Below are positions 14,301-26,352 of a DNA stretch of 64,000 nt, in pieces. Every line of letters starts with the position of its first letter. The stretch's first letter is position 1. Under the pieces are notes generated by a model, which was not told where the DNA came from, did not search any database, and saw only the letters and a program-made list of their open reading frames with translations. Made by a program: the position numbers and the translations under genes. The stretch comes from Nemertoderma westbladi (lineage: Eukaryota; Animalia; Xenacoelomorpha). The DNA is taken from the NCBI GenBank assembly GCA_032718475.1, contig JAUCBJ010001088.1, positions 1 to 64,000 on the forward strand, given 5' to 3'.

Positions 14301-15139
14301 AGGAAAAGCAGAGTTTGGGAAAGGAATCCAAACACTACACCAGGAAAAGCAGAGTTTGGGAAAGGAATCCAAACACTACACCAGGAAAAGTAGAGTTTGG
14401 GAAAGGAATCCAAACACTACACCAGGAAAAGTAGAGTTTGGGAAAGGAATCCAAACACTACACCAGGAAAAGCAGAGTTTGGGAAAGGAATCCAAACACT
14501 GCACCAGGAAAAGTAGAGTTTGGGAAAGGAATCCAACACTTCACCAGGAAAAGCAGAGTTTGGGAAAGGAATCCAAACACTACACCAGGAAAAGTAGAGT
14601 TTGGGAAAGGAATCCAAACACTACACCAGGAAAAGCAGAGTTTGGGAAAGTAATCCAAACACTACACTAGGAAAAGTAGAGTTTGGGAAAGGAATCCAAT
14701 CACTGCACCAGGAAAAGTAGAGTTTGGGAAAGGAATCCAACACTTCACCAGGAAAAGTAGAGTTTGGGTGGGAAAGGAATCCAAACACTACACCAGGAAA
14801 AGTAGAGTTTGGGAAAGGAATCCAAACACTACACTAGGAAAAGCAGAGTTTGGGAAAGGAATCCAAACACTACACCAGGAAAAGCAGAGTTTGGGAAAGG
14901 AATCCAAACACTACACCAGGAAAAGTAGAGTTTGGGAAAGGAATCCAAACACTACACCAGGAAAAGTAGAGTTTGGGAAAGGAATCCAAACACTACACCA
15001 GGAAAAGTAGAGTTTGGGAAAGGAATCCAAACAATACACCAGGAAAAGTAGAGTTTGGGAAAGGAATCCAAACACTACACCAGGAAAAGCAGAGTTTGGG
15101 AAAGGAATCCAAACACTACACCAGGAAAAGTAGAGTTTG
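2310..15139. repeat. 41-bp satellite array (~310 monomers) with internal hairpin and higher-order repeats
   Basis: Consensus GTAGAGTTTGGGAAAGGAATCCAAACACTACACCAGGAAAA, with 40-bp and 45-bp variants. GTAGAGTTTGG and CCAAACACTAC are inverted repeats (1 mismatch). Rare variants recur at 4497-bp spacing (ATCCTAACAC at 5091/9588; GTAAAGTTTG at 5281/9778). Confidence 0.98.
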
Positions 15140-15330
15140 ACTGCAATTTGACGTTTTTTGCCCATAATTTCTTAGCTTTTGAATATCTTTATGTTTTATT
15201 GTCAGATTTGCAATCAGTGGAAAAATGCAATCAAAATATGATATATACTTTTACCAGTTTTAAAAAAATATATATTTTGACAGCTACGTTTTTTTTTTTT
15301 TTTCACTTTCTTCGGCTGAGACCTGCACTG
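15140..15330. mobile_element. Possible right end of a Tc1/mariner-like non-autonomous element adjoining the satellite
   Basis: Unique AT-rich segment ends ...GAGACCTGCACTG followed by TA (a CAGTG-type terminus with TA). No matching left TIR seen in the window. Confidence 0.25.
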
Positions 15331-15477
15331 TACGTAACTGATAATATAAAAGGCCAAAGTCGACAGGCAAAATTGATTTAACCAAGTCGTGAAATGACCT
15401 CTATATCTACTGTATAACATACCATATTACAATGTAAATAACATTTACAGATTAATCAATAGTTAATACCAGGCTTA

Positions 15478-15625
15478 GGCCGGGTTGCACACGTTGACTT
15501 AAGTTAAGTGTCTATTTTTTACTTAAGTTGCAACTTAGTTAAGTAGGCACTTAGACTTAAGTAAAATTGCGTTGCTCATTCTAAAGTTAAGTTTTCTTAA
15601 CTAAGTAGGTACTTAAGTTAAAAAA
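15478..15625 (+). mobile_element. Possible PIF/Harbinger-like terminus
   Basis: TTA|GGCCGGGTTGCAC followed by clustered ACTTAAGT/AAGTTAAGT motifs in both orientations. The other end was not found. Confidence 0.3.
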
Positions 15626-16176
15626 TCAGAACGGTACTAGTTCGCCATGTCGACACCCCCATGCAATTGCTTTCCACTGGCTATAAAGTGTCTTTGATTT
15701 TTAAATATTTCGTTCTAGAATATAGACTACTTTCATCCAATATAATTTTTTATGGTAGCTACTATTTTTCAAAATACTAACTAGCTATTTAAAAAATAAT
15801 TCTATATAATATATTTACGTTACATATTTTTACTTATTCTAGAATATTTTGAGTTTCCAAGTAAAGTGTTGTATTCCAAATAAAATTACAAGACAATATA
15901 ATTTAAAAAAAATTTTACTAGCTAACTAAAACTAGCTAACTGAATTACTCAGAATAACCACAGTAGTGTTGCAACGCTGGAAAAAGCCAGGCTAACAGTG
16001 CAAGGAATTGCTTAACGTTGCATAGCAACATAACAACAATAACAATGATTATATAAAAACGAGGAATTAATAATGACATTATGTAGTTAGTTGCTTTAGT
16101 TACACAAGAACCCAGTTCTCTGGAATCTCTGTGCTTTAAAGTATTATTTGAATGCACCATCTATCATACAACAAAT

Positions 16177-16810
16177 TGGTGATCTTTCCACAGTAACCCT
16201 TCCACTCTGTTTCCTAAAGGAATGCCTGTTCACCATCATGGGTTATCTTTCACAGAAAACCCTTCCATTCTGTTTCCTAAAGGAATACCTGTTCACCACT
16301 GTGGGTGATCTTCCACAGTAAACCCTTCCATTCTGTTTCCTAAAGGAATTCTTGTTCACCACCGTGGGTGATCTTCCACAGTAAACCCTTCCACTGTGTT
16401 TCCTAAAGGAATGCCTGTTCACCACCATGGGTTATCTTTCACAGAAAACCCTTCCATTCTGTTTCCTAAAGGAATGCCTGTTCACCACCGTGGGTGATCT
16501 TCCACAGTAAACCCTTCCACTGTGTTTCCTAAAGGAATGCCTGTTCACCACCGTGGGTGATTTTCCACAGTAAACCCTTCCACTGTGTTTCCTAAAGGAA
16601 TGCCTGTTCACCAGCATGGGTTATCTTTCACAGAAAACCCTTCCATTCCGTTTCCTAAAGGAATGCCTGTTCACCACCATGGGTGATCTTCCACAGAAAA
16701 CCTTTCCACTCTGTTTCCTAAAGTAATGCCTGTTCACCACTAATTGGTGATCTTCCACAGTAAACCCTTCCACTATGTTTCCTAAAGGAATGCCAGTTCA
16801 CCATCATGGG
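16177..16810. repeat. 63-bp minisatellite, left part (~10 units)
   Basis: Unit GGTGATCTTCCACAGTAAACCCTTCCACTCTGTTTCCTAAAGGAATGCCTGTTCACCATCATG; the array resumes in register at 38098. Confidence 0.95.
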
Positions 16811-17217
16811 TGTTATAAACTGCCCTTAAATCCCGCTGGTTATCGCTTGGTAGTTTAGCCCGTCGTTATACTAGCTTAGGTATATTAGTGCAATACATAC
16901 CGTTTATGTTACACTGCTTCCCTGTAGGAAGGTTGCCCCATGGCCCTGCTTTCTATATCTGCCAATAGGATTTGAGTTGGTTTTGATTTTGACCTATCAC
17001 AGATCTACTGAACTGATTTTCCTATCTGTATGCTCGTTCTCTGTGATAGGTGAAATCATTTGTAAAATAAGGGTAGCTGGTATTCTTGTATTGTTATTCT
17101 TAGTAGGCCTATTCTACCTTATTGTTAACGTGTTTTGCATTTGTAATCTCTATATTAAATAATGAAATAACGATCCTGACAAAACTCGAAATCACAACGC
17201 CAATTTTGTGGTTTACA
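16811..17217 (+). repeat. 5' LTR of element A
   Basis: TGTTATAAAC...GTTTACA; 8 substitutions versus the 3' LTR (counted by eye, ~2%). Confidence 0.97.
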
Positions 17218-17220
17218 TTC

Positions 17221-17238
17221 TGGTTCCGATGCCGGGAA
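17221..17238 (+). promoter_or_regulatory. Primer binding site of element A, tRNA-Glu-like
   Basis: TGGTTCCGATGCCGGGAA lies 3 nt after the LTR and resembles the reverse complement of a tRNA-Glu 3' end (recalled consensus, not searched). Confidence 0.75.
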
Positions 17239-17336
17239 ACCTGGTCTAAAGGTTTCCACGTCACAGATTATCCTTACCCTCGGAGTATCCACAATCCATC
17301 GCTGCACAGTTCAACTATCCGTTGCCTTCTCTCGAT

Positions 17337-20300
17337 ATGTCGGACGCGGAGTCTGACATCGTTAGTGGAGCCACGTCGGGTGGTCTCCCTGCCAAAGGGA
17401 ATGGTTCGCTTCATGGTAGTCTGAGCTCTCCTCGACTCGGCGATGGAACTCCGACATCCGATGGTGAGGATAAATCTCGACTTGAACCCTTGGAATCCCG
17501 ACCCGGTTCGAGTGATACCGGTACGCGTTTCGAGGGTCTCGATACCGCGGACCTAGAGGAGGACCCTGATATTGCGTTCTATCCTGCGGATGATTTAGAG
17601 GCTTAAGACGCAAAGATTACTCGAGCCAATACCAAGCGGAGGCTCACTTGTTTGGCTGCCAAGCTTCATTCTCTAGTCGATTCCCGTGGCAGTCGCACCT
17701 TAATCCAGTGCTTCCTAGGGGAACTCAATGAGGACTTTGACGACTGTGTTTGATCTCACAGTAAGTGTCTTCAGTATCTGGATCCCGGAACCGATTCTAA
17801 GTCTAAAGCCATAGAGGAGGAATGGTTGGCTGCAGTCCGCGAGGGTTATCGGCGCTGTCGGAGTGAAGCTGAAAGTTACCTCGCCTCCCGGAGAGGCGAA
17901 CCTTCTTCAGCTGGTGGAAGTAAATCCAAGGTATCCTCCTCGCGATCCCCGGGAGGTGGTATTAACTCCTCGAAGCGGCAACTGGAAGAAAAAAGATTAA
18001 AACTCCAGCAGTTCGAAAGGGATCGGGAGCTTCGCGAGAAGGAGCTAGCGCTCAACAATAGGAAGCAGCTCCGTCGCCTCCAGAACGAGGTGGAGCTGCT
18101 CGAGTTGTCTGTTCGTACCGAGGAAATAGAAAACAGGGAGGCCGGAGTTGCAAACCTCAGGGAATGGGTTCTCGCTGATTCCCTGTAGGATGAGGACTCC
18201 AACCGGGCCGGCGGGGTCCAACCAGTTCCCAATTATCCTCTCGCATCCAGGAGATCAAATCCTTTCCCAGGTCTTCCATTATCCGATCCAGTGACACAGT
18301 TGAGTCACCCCGTTACCCGCCTAGTAACATACCGGTAATTCATGTTTCAGTCAGTTCTGGTACGAGTTCTAATGAAATTACTAGTAATAATATATTACAG
18401 AGTTTGTGTCAATCGTGTCCTATTATTGATACAGTGTTTAAACCGTCTCAATGTAAATCTAGCTTAGCTACTAATACTGTAAGTGATTGTAATATGAATA
18501 GAAAATCTGGTGTTATATTTAGTATCTCCAGCGGTTCATTTGTGCAGTCATTACCGGTACCGATTATTAGTAGTGAAGAATCTGTCCCGCTTCGTGTACT
18601 CAGTAAGGATACCACCGGTAATAATTTTATAAATATTTCAGTGCCAAACTTTGTAGCTGTAGAACACCCAACCACGGCAACTCTGCCCCGCTTTAACCAG
18701 CGAACTATTTTTCCATTTGATAGTAATTCAATAAATAATTATAAACCTTTAAGTAGCTGTAATAGCACTTGGGCTTTATCTAGCCCTGAGTTTGTACCCT
18801 GTGGATTTGCCTCGCCTGATTCTAATTTTGTTAGCGGATTGAAGGGAGTGTGTGCCCCTGTGAGTTATATGTATGGTGGTTCTACCAATGATAGTGTACA
18901 TTGTGTGCCATGTACTGCGACTGGTTTGCGTCCTGAGTATGCGTCTGACCCTGTGTATCGCCCAAGCGGCCAACCCTTTGGGGGTTCTGATAGGTGTCCG
19001 GGTCCGCCCATTGTTAACGAGCCGACTAGTGAGCCAGTAGTGTCGGCCACATATGACCTTCCTTCGTTTTCATCTCGTCCAGTTAATAGATCCAAAGTAT
19101 CTGGGCGTGTAGATGATTGGATTGACTCTCCTGACTCCGATGACAGAAGTGACGCGCTTTTTGGTGGTCATGGTCCGATAGATTTGCAGGCTCTATTTAA
19201 GGTACCAATCGATCCATTTGATGGCTCACCCATTAAATGGCCTGGTTTTATTTCATCATTCCGTGCTCTAGTGCATGATAGAATTCCAAACGACGCAATT
19301 CGTCTCTTTATTCTTAGGAATTTATTATCCCTTGAGATTTGTAATAGTGTAGCTGCTACTATAGATGACCCTACATTGTGTTATGAAACATTGAGAGATA
19401 TTCACAGAATTTATGGTGATAAACATCTCATTGCTTCTAGCGATATTAAACAGCTTTTTTCTGTCCAAAATGTTAACTCAAGCGATTTCGAGTCATTAAA
19501 ATCCTTTTCGCTTAAATTGCATGGCTCAGTATCTGCTTTAGATAAATGTGGATATAAAGATGACCTTTATTCCGCAAATAATTTAAATGTTTTAGTTGAC
19601 AAATTGCCAAACCCGCTACAACATGAGTGGAGCAAAAAAGTAGTTGCAATTCAACCTGGGTGTCCGTCTTTAAAGGATTTTGATGACTGGATTTCGTATA
19701 AAGTTAGTTGTGGTCGTGCTATAGAGTCTACACTTAAAATTAGACCCAGTTCTAATACATCTCAGCCCCAGGTTAAACACAATAATAACCCTAGAATATT
19801 GCGTGAGAAATCTAAAGCAGTAACCCCTAAGTCATCTACATTTTCTCCAACAGTTCTAGCAACGGGGGAGGACCCTCTAAGCAACTAGAAAGCGAAAAAT
19901 GTAGTTGCTGCGAACTGTCCCACACTGTAGAAGATTGTGATAAATTAAAAAAATTATCCCTTGCTGAGCATGCAGAACTAGTGCGTGAAAAGGGCATGTG
20001 CTTTGTGTGTTGAAAAACTCGGCACCGAGCAGCCGACTGTTCCATAAAGGAACCATGTAAAGCCCCATCTGGGTGTAAGAAAAGGCATCATACATTATTG
20101 CATGATGCTCCTCCAGTTTACGGTAACTCGAAATCCTCCCGTTTCCGCTCTAAGCATGTCGGATCGACTAGCTGCGACTCTACCCCGTCTACCGTGGCGC
20201 TACAGATTGTCCCGCTTTGTGTACGATCCTACGCTGGCAAGGTTGTAGAAACTTTCGCCTTATTGGATCCTGGTAGTCAAATATCAGCTGTCGAACAAAA

Positions 20301-21015
20301 GTTAGCCAATGAGCTCGGCCTAAAAGGTAAAGAAAACTCGATTAAAATAGGCACAATCAACTCGGAAGGTAAACCAATAAAGTCTCTGTTAAGCTCCGTG
20401 GAGGTCTTGCCCACAGATGGTGATAGCTCGTTTGAAATATCTGACACCTGGGTATTACCCAAACTTAATATTACACGTCAGCGATTTGATTGGCCAAAAA
20501 TCAAGGGTTTTTGGACTCACGCGATTTGAATTTACCGCGCATTGATTCGGATAAGGTGAGCGTTCTATTTGGTGCTGATGTATTTAATATTATTCGCCAG
20601 TTAGATTATAGGTCTGGTTCACCTGGTTCACCATCTGCTGTTCTTACTAATTTTGGTTGGGCTTTCACCTCGAATGTTCCGCTATTCCCATTGTGTGATA
20701 GTGAGCGGAGAGATATTTTACATACACATGTAGAAACTACTTCAAGTGCTCATTCGCTGGTTAATCCAAAGTCCTCAGGTAGTTTGCATGATCTCGTAGC
20801 CGAATTCTGAAGAACAGAATCATTCGGTGTTAACCCTGGTGGTGACCTACCTCTTTCTAAGAAAGATGCCTTGGCTCTGGAGATGTTGAGAGACACCACT
20901 AGTTGCATAGATGGTTGCTATGAGACTGGCCTATTGTGGCGCTCCCCATCTGTTTATCTCCCTGATAATTACCAGTCTGCTCTTAGGCGTTTAATCTCCA
21001 TTGAGAGACGCTTAA
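17337..21015 (+). pseudogene. Element A gag, zinc knuckles, aspartic protease and pre-RT region (stops and frameshifts)
   Basis: FDGSPIKWPGFISSF (BEL gag/DUF1759-like); Cys/His knuckles near 19900-20103 ending CKKRHHTLLH; protease motif ALLDPGSQIS; YETGLLW...LPDNYQSALRRL. Confidence 0.9.
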
Positions 21016-23121
21016 GGGGGGACATCACACCTGAAATTTTTTTTTCTTCAAAAAAATTTTTTTTTCATATTTTTGTTCAAAATTTTATGCTGATTCCAAA
21101 TACGAAACCCGTTTTTTATTAGCTTTTATAGTTTTTAAGTTAAGACAGGTTTAACCGGATACGTTTTTTGGAAATTTTGGCCAAATTTTAACATTTTTTA
21201 CATGAATTTGTACTGTACATTTACGCAACTTCATATCATACAGTACAGTGGTTATGAAGAGTAGGCCTACTTAAGGGCGGGAAATTTAAAGTGGTTAATT
21301 GAGACTGTCAGCCTGTGCAGTGTAAATGAATTCCAGCACAACTGCTGTAGTGTAAATCATATAACAATATAAGCCTGTAAGCCTAGCAAATTTCTAATTG
21401 TACAGTATTCTACACTGTTTGCTAGAGATCCCTATTGTTTTGTTGATTATTAATTAAGTAAAATTTATTGTTGTATGTTTGTAACCTAGCTAGAGTAGGC
21501 CTAGCCTATACTGCTATATTGCTGTATTGTGAAAGTTTACTGTTATGCCCCGCCAGTCACGTCAGGCGCGTTCCAAGGAATTCAAGGGTACCCGATATGC
21601 AGATATTTGCAAGCAAAGAGATTCTTCTACCGATAATGGAAATTTCCATGCTTACTATACAGCCCTGATCCACAATCGAGGTGCTTCAACCACAATGATT
21701 ATAGCCAATGCCATCAATCTAAATCCTGGACTAGCCCTTTTACGATCCTGTAGACAAAGAGATCGAAAACGTGTAGCCAAAAGTCTTACAATCAAGCCGT
21801 CAAAGAAAGCTAAAGTTGCCAAGGACACTTCCACTTATCAAGGCGGAGCATTCTAATTAATTCTGATTTCGTTTAGAACATTTTTCATATTTTCATTTTA
21901 TTTTAGAACAAATTCTTACAATTTTTCTATATTTCTCCCTGTGCTTCATTATAATTATTGCAATTATTATCATACTAACCGCGAATCCTGCACTGCAACT
22001 ATACATTAATTTTGCAAAAGACGTGCTGCGCGAAGGCCCCCACTAATTTGAATTTTTTGATTTACTAGCTCAGAAACACGGGCTTTGCAACAAAATTTTA
22101 ATTCACCTTTTCTCTAAGTTGATGTTTCTCTACAACTTTCAAATTCATCATTTTCCCATAGGACCATAGTTTTCTTAAATAGCGAAATTTATTACCTTTT
22201 TAGTGATAACTATATTAGTTATAAATAAAAACAAAATTTTATTTTACCTTTCCACTATGTCAATGTTTCTCTACAACTTTCAATTTCATCATTTTCCCAT
22301 AGGAACAATAGTTTTCTTAAATAGCGAAATTTATTACCTTTTTAATTATAACTTATTAGTATTAAATATTAGTTATAAATAAATAAAAAAATTATTGCAT
22401 ACTGGTTTGATTTCAGGGCAATATGTGTCTCCATGCGAAGTTTCAGCATCATACGTTTTGTGGTATTCGAGTTAGAAGTTAGAAACAAATATCATACAAA
22501 CAGACAGACTGACTCTACAACTTTGTTTGTACTGTAATTTTAAAAAATTTTTAATTAAAGCCGTTTTTCGCAGTTTTTCAAAAAAAATAGTTTTTTTGCA
22601 CGTTTGTTGCTACTACTTTTGAACCGCTGGATGGATTTTGATTCTGTTTTCGGTATCTTGTAGCCAAACATTCAAGCTTTAATTTGAATTACCAAAATTT
22701 TGATATTTGACGTTGATACAAAGTTATAAACTTTTTTGTCAGTAAAAAACGAAAAATTGAATCTTTGAGACTTGATGACGTCATATCTTTGTACCCAGAG
22801 TGAAAAAAAAAATTTTGGTAATTCAAATAAAAGTCCATGAAATTATAAAACTAATGTAAAAGGAATTTACGAAATTCGTTTAAAAATACAGTAGTAGTAG
22901 TGAATTATATTTTTAACTGGTTTAAAATACATTATGCTAATTTAAGACGGCTCATTAACATCTAATTATCATAATTAGGTGAAAAAAATTTTTTTTTTTT
23001 AAATTTAGTGTTTTGTTATTAAAATGAGCCATAAATTGTTGCCAGGTGTAGAGCCATTCAAAAGTTATATGTGATGCAAGTTCGGACACACAAAGTACAC
23101 TTCAAGGTGTGATGTCCCCCC
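21016..23121 (+). mobile_element. Kolobok-type non-autonomous DNA transposon (2106 bp)
   Basis: TTAA at 21012-21015 and 23122-23125; perfect 17-bp TIR GGGGGGACATCACACCT. RR...YY termini with TTAA fit Kolobok rather than piggyBac. Removing it restores the frame IERRL-SRDSSLEVRYDEIL. Confidence 0.9.
21545..21856 (+). pseudogene. Internally deleted transposase remnant (N-terminus joined to C-terminus)
   Basis: Basic start MPRQSRQARSKEFKG and end NPG...RDRKRV...YQGGAF*, resembling the C-termini of Kolobok/Mutator-like DDE transposases. No catalytic core. Confidence 0.6.
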
Positions 23122-23548
23122 TTAAGTCGCGATTCCTCATTAGAAGTGCGCTATGACGAGATATTGCAAAGCTACATTGATAAAGGATTCGCAGTTAAAG
23201 TTACACCAGGAGAGCTAGAGGGCCCCCCTGGTCGTATTTGGTATTTGCCCCACCACCCAGTAATTAATCCGAATAAACCTAGTAAGATTCGAATAGTATT
23301 CGATGCCTCGGCTCGTTACCATGGTGTTTCCCTAAACGATAAACTCCTCCGTGGCCCGGATTTTCTCGCCAGTTTAGTAGGAGTCTTGTTGCGCTTTCGA
23401 GAGAAACATGTGGCGATTTCCGGAGACATTACTGCGATGTACCACCAAGTAGGAGTGCGGCGTGTAGACCAAGATTGTCTTCGCTTTCTCTGGGGTGGTG
23501 TTAAGCGTGATGGCCCGCCTGCGGTTTATAGGATGTTGAGACAGCTTT
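23122..23548 (+). pseudogene. Element A reverse transcriptase, N-terminal half
   Basis: WYLPHHPV, KIRIVFDAS, SLNDKLLRGP, LLRFR, DITAMYHQV, LRFLW are Pao-type RT motifs. Confidence 0.95.
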
Positions 23549-24090
23549 TGTTAGCTTATCCAATCCCGCTAAAACCCCATAAAAGTTAAGCCGATAAGCA
23601 ATATTGGGGGCCTCGAGATTGGGCAATCAACCAACTCGCGCCACCCCAACAAAATGGGAAGGTGAACCACACAATAAGGGTCAGGGGCCAAACCCCTAAC
23701 CAAGAGAGAACAGGTGGAGTGAACGGGACACTCCAAAGGGCGCCAACAAGGGTATCAACCAATCAGAGGGGGGCAAGGCATCGATTGAGTAGAGCAATAA
23801 GGCCACCGTGCAATATAACCTGTAACCAGTAATCATATTACCTCAGTTATCTCAGTGTTATTGGTACTACTGTAAGAATAGTTTAGCTAGGGAAGTACCG
23901 GGATTTCAGTTACCGTCTCCCGCCTTCCGTGTACAACAATTTTACCAGTCATCATTACCTATATCTATATTGTATATACCTCGGACATTGCAATACAACG
24001 AACAACAGAAACTCTTTATCTTTCACACACGGCGGGGACGCGTGAACTGACAAAACGGATAAATCGGGATCCTTCCTGGATCCCGTCACA
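23549..24090 (+). repeat. 5' LTR of element B
   Basis: TGTTAGCTTATCC...CCCGTCACA; ends with the hairpin CGGGATCC-TTCCT-GGATCCCG. Confidence 0.97.
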
Positions 24091-24162
24091 GTAACTGAAT
24101 CAGAGCTGCCGCCCTAGCTAGTCAAACTCAGCAACCACCAGCCACCAATCTACAGAAGAGAG

Positions 24163-26352
24163 ATGAGTCAGTCGGGAGAGACAACACCGACGCGGACCCC
24201 GGACGAAGAACAAACGATCCGCGAGGCCGCGACCAGGCGGTATAGGCCCACGACGCCGGAGCCATCGGTAACGGGTGACCCGGAAGTCCAAGATGAGGGG
24301 GTACGTCTGGAATCAGAATCCGAGTTGAGAGGAGAGGGACTCGAGTCGGAGGATAGAGAGAACGAGGTCGAGGGAGAAAGAGAGGAGTCGACACGGAACG
24401 AGGGTCGACGTGCCGACGTCGCAGGCCAGCCACAGGCCGAGGGCGACGGACGGCCCACCGGAACGGCGACGGTGGGGCCGACGGTACGACGCCGGACCCG
24501 GAGAGACGACGGGGATGTCGACACCGATGTCGCGGGCCAGCCATAGGCCGAGGGCGACAGACGGCCCACCGGAATGGCGACGGTGGGGCCGCCGGTACGA
24601 CGTCGAACCCGAAGAGACGGAGGAGAGGTCGGCGACGAGGACGTCGGGGTTTCTGAGCAACTTCAACGGGCCTACAACGCGACCCGGAGACTACTAGAGG
24701 AGGCCAGAAAGGGGAAAATGATAGACGAGGTAAAACTGAAGTCAGGACTAGGTAAGTCGGACAGACATTTATACTATCTAATGCATTTCGGGCAGAGAGA
24801 ATTGGCCGAGGAGAGAGCGACAAGGGTTGCCGAGGAACTGTATGACTCATGGCGGCATGGGGGTATACAACCTAGCGTAGTGTACATAGGGCCATATTTA
24901 ATCGATGCCCGGGGTATAAAATTAGTGGGTTGGAACAGACCTGAGGAGGGCGAATCCGAGGTTGACCCCGCGGATTCGGTCTCGTCGGTCGGAGGGAGTT
25001 CCGGGAGGAGGGGGAAAGTTAGTAGATCGGGAAGGCGGAGGGAATCCATCACAACCGATAAGTCTGCTACATCCTCCGCGAAAGAAAGACGGGTGAGAGA
25101 GATAGACGCTAGGTACCATCTCAATCTAGCAGTGCAAGGTCACCAAGAAGTAGATAGACGATTAGAGGAGGAGAGAGTGCTGCTAGAGGGGGAAATGGTG
25201 TTGATTAGAGAGATAAGAGAGAGGGCCGAAAGGGCCGCAAGGAGCCTTAGGGAGTATGAGGAAATAGAAGAAGAGGAACGTAAGGAGCGTGAGGCAAAGG
25301 GGGAGAAGGAACGCAAGGAGCGTGAGGCAAGGCAAAGGGAGGAAGCTAGGAGAGTGGTAGAGTTGGCCAAACAGGACGCGCGGGAGTGTGAGGTGAGAAT
25401 GGCCAGAAGGGAGCATGAGCGAAGGAAATTAAAGAAACAGCGAAGTGGGCTTGTAGAGTACAAAGCTAGACACATGCGCGAACTGGAACTGGCGCAGATG
25501 GGGGCGTCTGAGAGCGAGGCTGGCTCGAATATTCTCGAGGGGCCGGGGACAGTAGATGCGTTTATTAATACCCCAGTGAGAGGGACCGCACGACAGACAC
25601 GAAATTGGTGTGACCTTACGGGCGGGGGGGGGGGGGGGGGTAATAATAATATTACAGTAGATGACGTTAATATTAATAATACTGTATTGAACGACCCTAA
25701 CCAAATATTTATTGCAGGAAATACATTACCTAATAGTAATAATTATATTTTAAATCAGAACGATTCTAATATTAACGTGCAAAATAATTCTAATAATGTA
25801 GTTATACAAAGTAACCCAAGTAATTTAAATAATAACCCAAATTCTAATTTACAAAATAATCCAAATAATGTTATAACGTAAGATAACGTTTCTAACTTTG
25901 GTGCACAGGATAATTTGGGTGAACTAGAGGATAATCACAGTGGTGTTGTTAATGTAAATGCGTCGGACGTACATAGCCCGGCGGGTGAGGGCCTGGTAGG
26001 CCACGTAGTCAGTAGGCCGGAAGTGGCGGGGTTGAGCCAACCCGAGGTAGGCCTGGTAGGCCTCGTAAATAGTAGGCCGGAAGCGGCGGGGTTGAGCCAA
26101 CCCGAAGTAGGCCTGGTAGGCCAGGTAGTAGTAGAGAGAGAGGTGGGGGTAAGTGGACCCAGCCGCAATACAAACATTGTGTCGACTAGAGAGGGGTATA
26201 GAGGTGTGAGTGAGGTTAAATGTGGCGAGAGGGGGGGGGGGCTATGAGCGCCCCACCATTAGCGGCGAGAGGGGGGGGGGGGGGGGGGCGGAGAATGCCC
26301 CACAAGAGGGATATAGAAGTATAGTAAGAGGTAGCGAAGTTAGAAGTGGCGG
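24163..26352 (+). pseudogene. Long low-complexity/coiled-coil N-terminal extension of the element B polyprotein
   Basis: ORFs starting at 24163, 24574, 25915 and 26353 share one frame and are separated by stops at 24544, 25879 and 26245 (the last beside poly-G). Contains a 111-bp coding repeat, a PADSVS motif, an E/R-rich coiled coil and an N-rich tract. Confidence 0.75.

Noticed and set aside
2310-15139. CRISPR array (palindromic ~40-bp repeat)
   Set aside because: Monomers abut with no unique spacers; no cas genes; eukaryotic transposon context.
2460-15381. More than 100 short ORFs in the 41-bp array
   Set aside because: The unit length is not a multiple of 3, so the ORFs cycle through frames and end at recurring TAG; they are artefacts.
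21016-23121. piggyBac assignment based on TTAA
   Set aside because: Termini are GG...CC, not the CC...GG of piggyBac.
24096-24106. Degenerate initiator-Met PBS (TGAATCAGAGC versus TGGTATCAGAGC)
   Set aside because: Lacks the TGG that pairs with CCA and resembles the plant rather than the animal initiator tRNA. Kept only as an alternative to self-priming.
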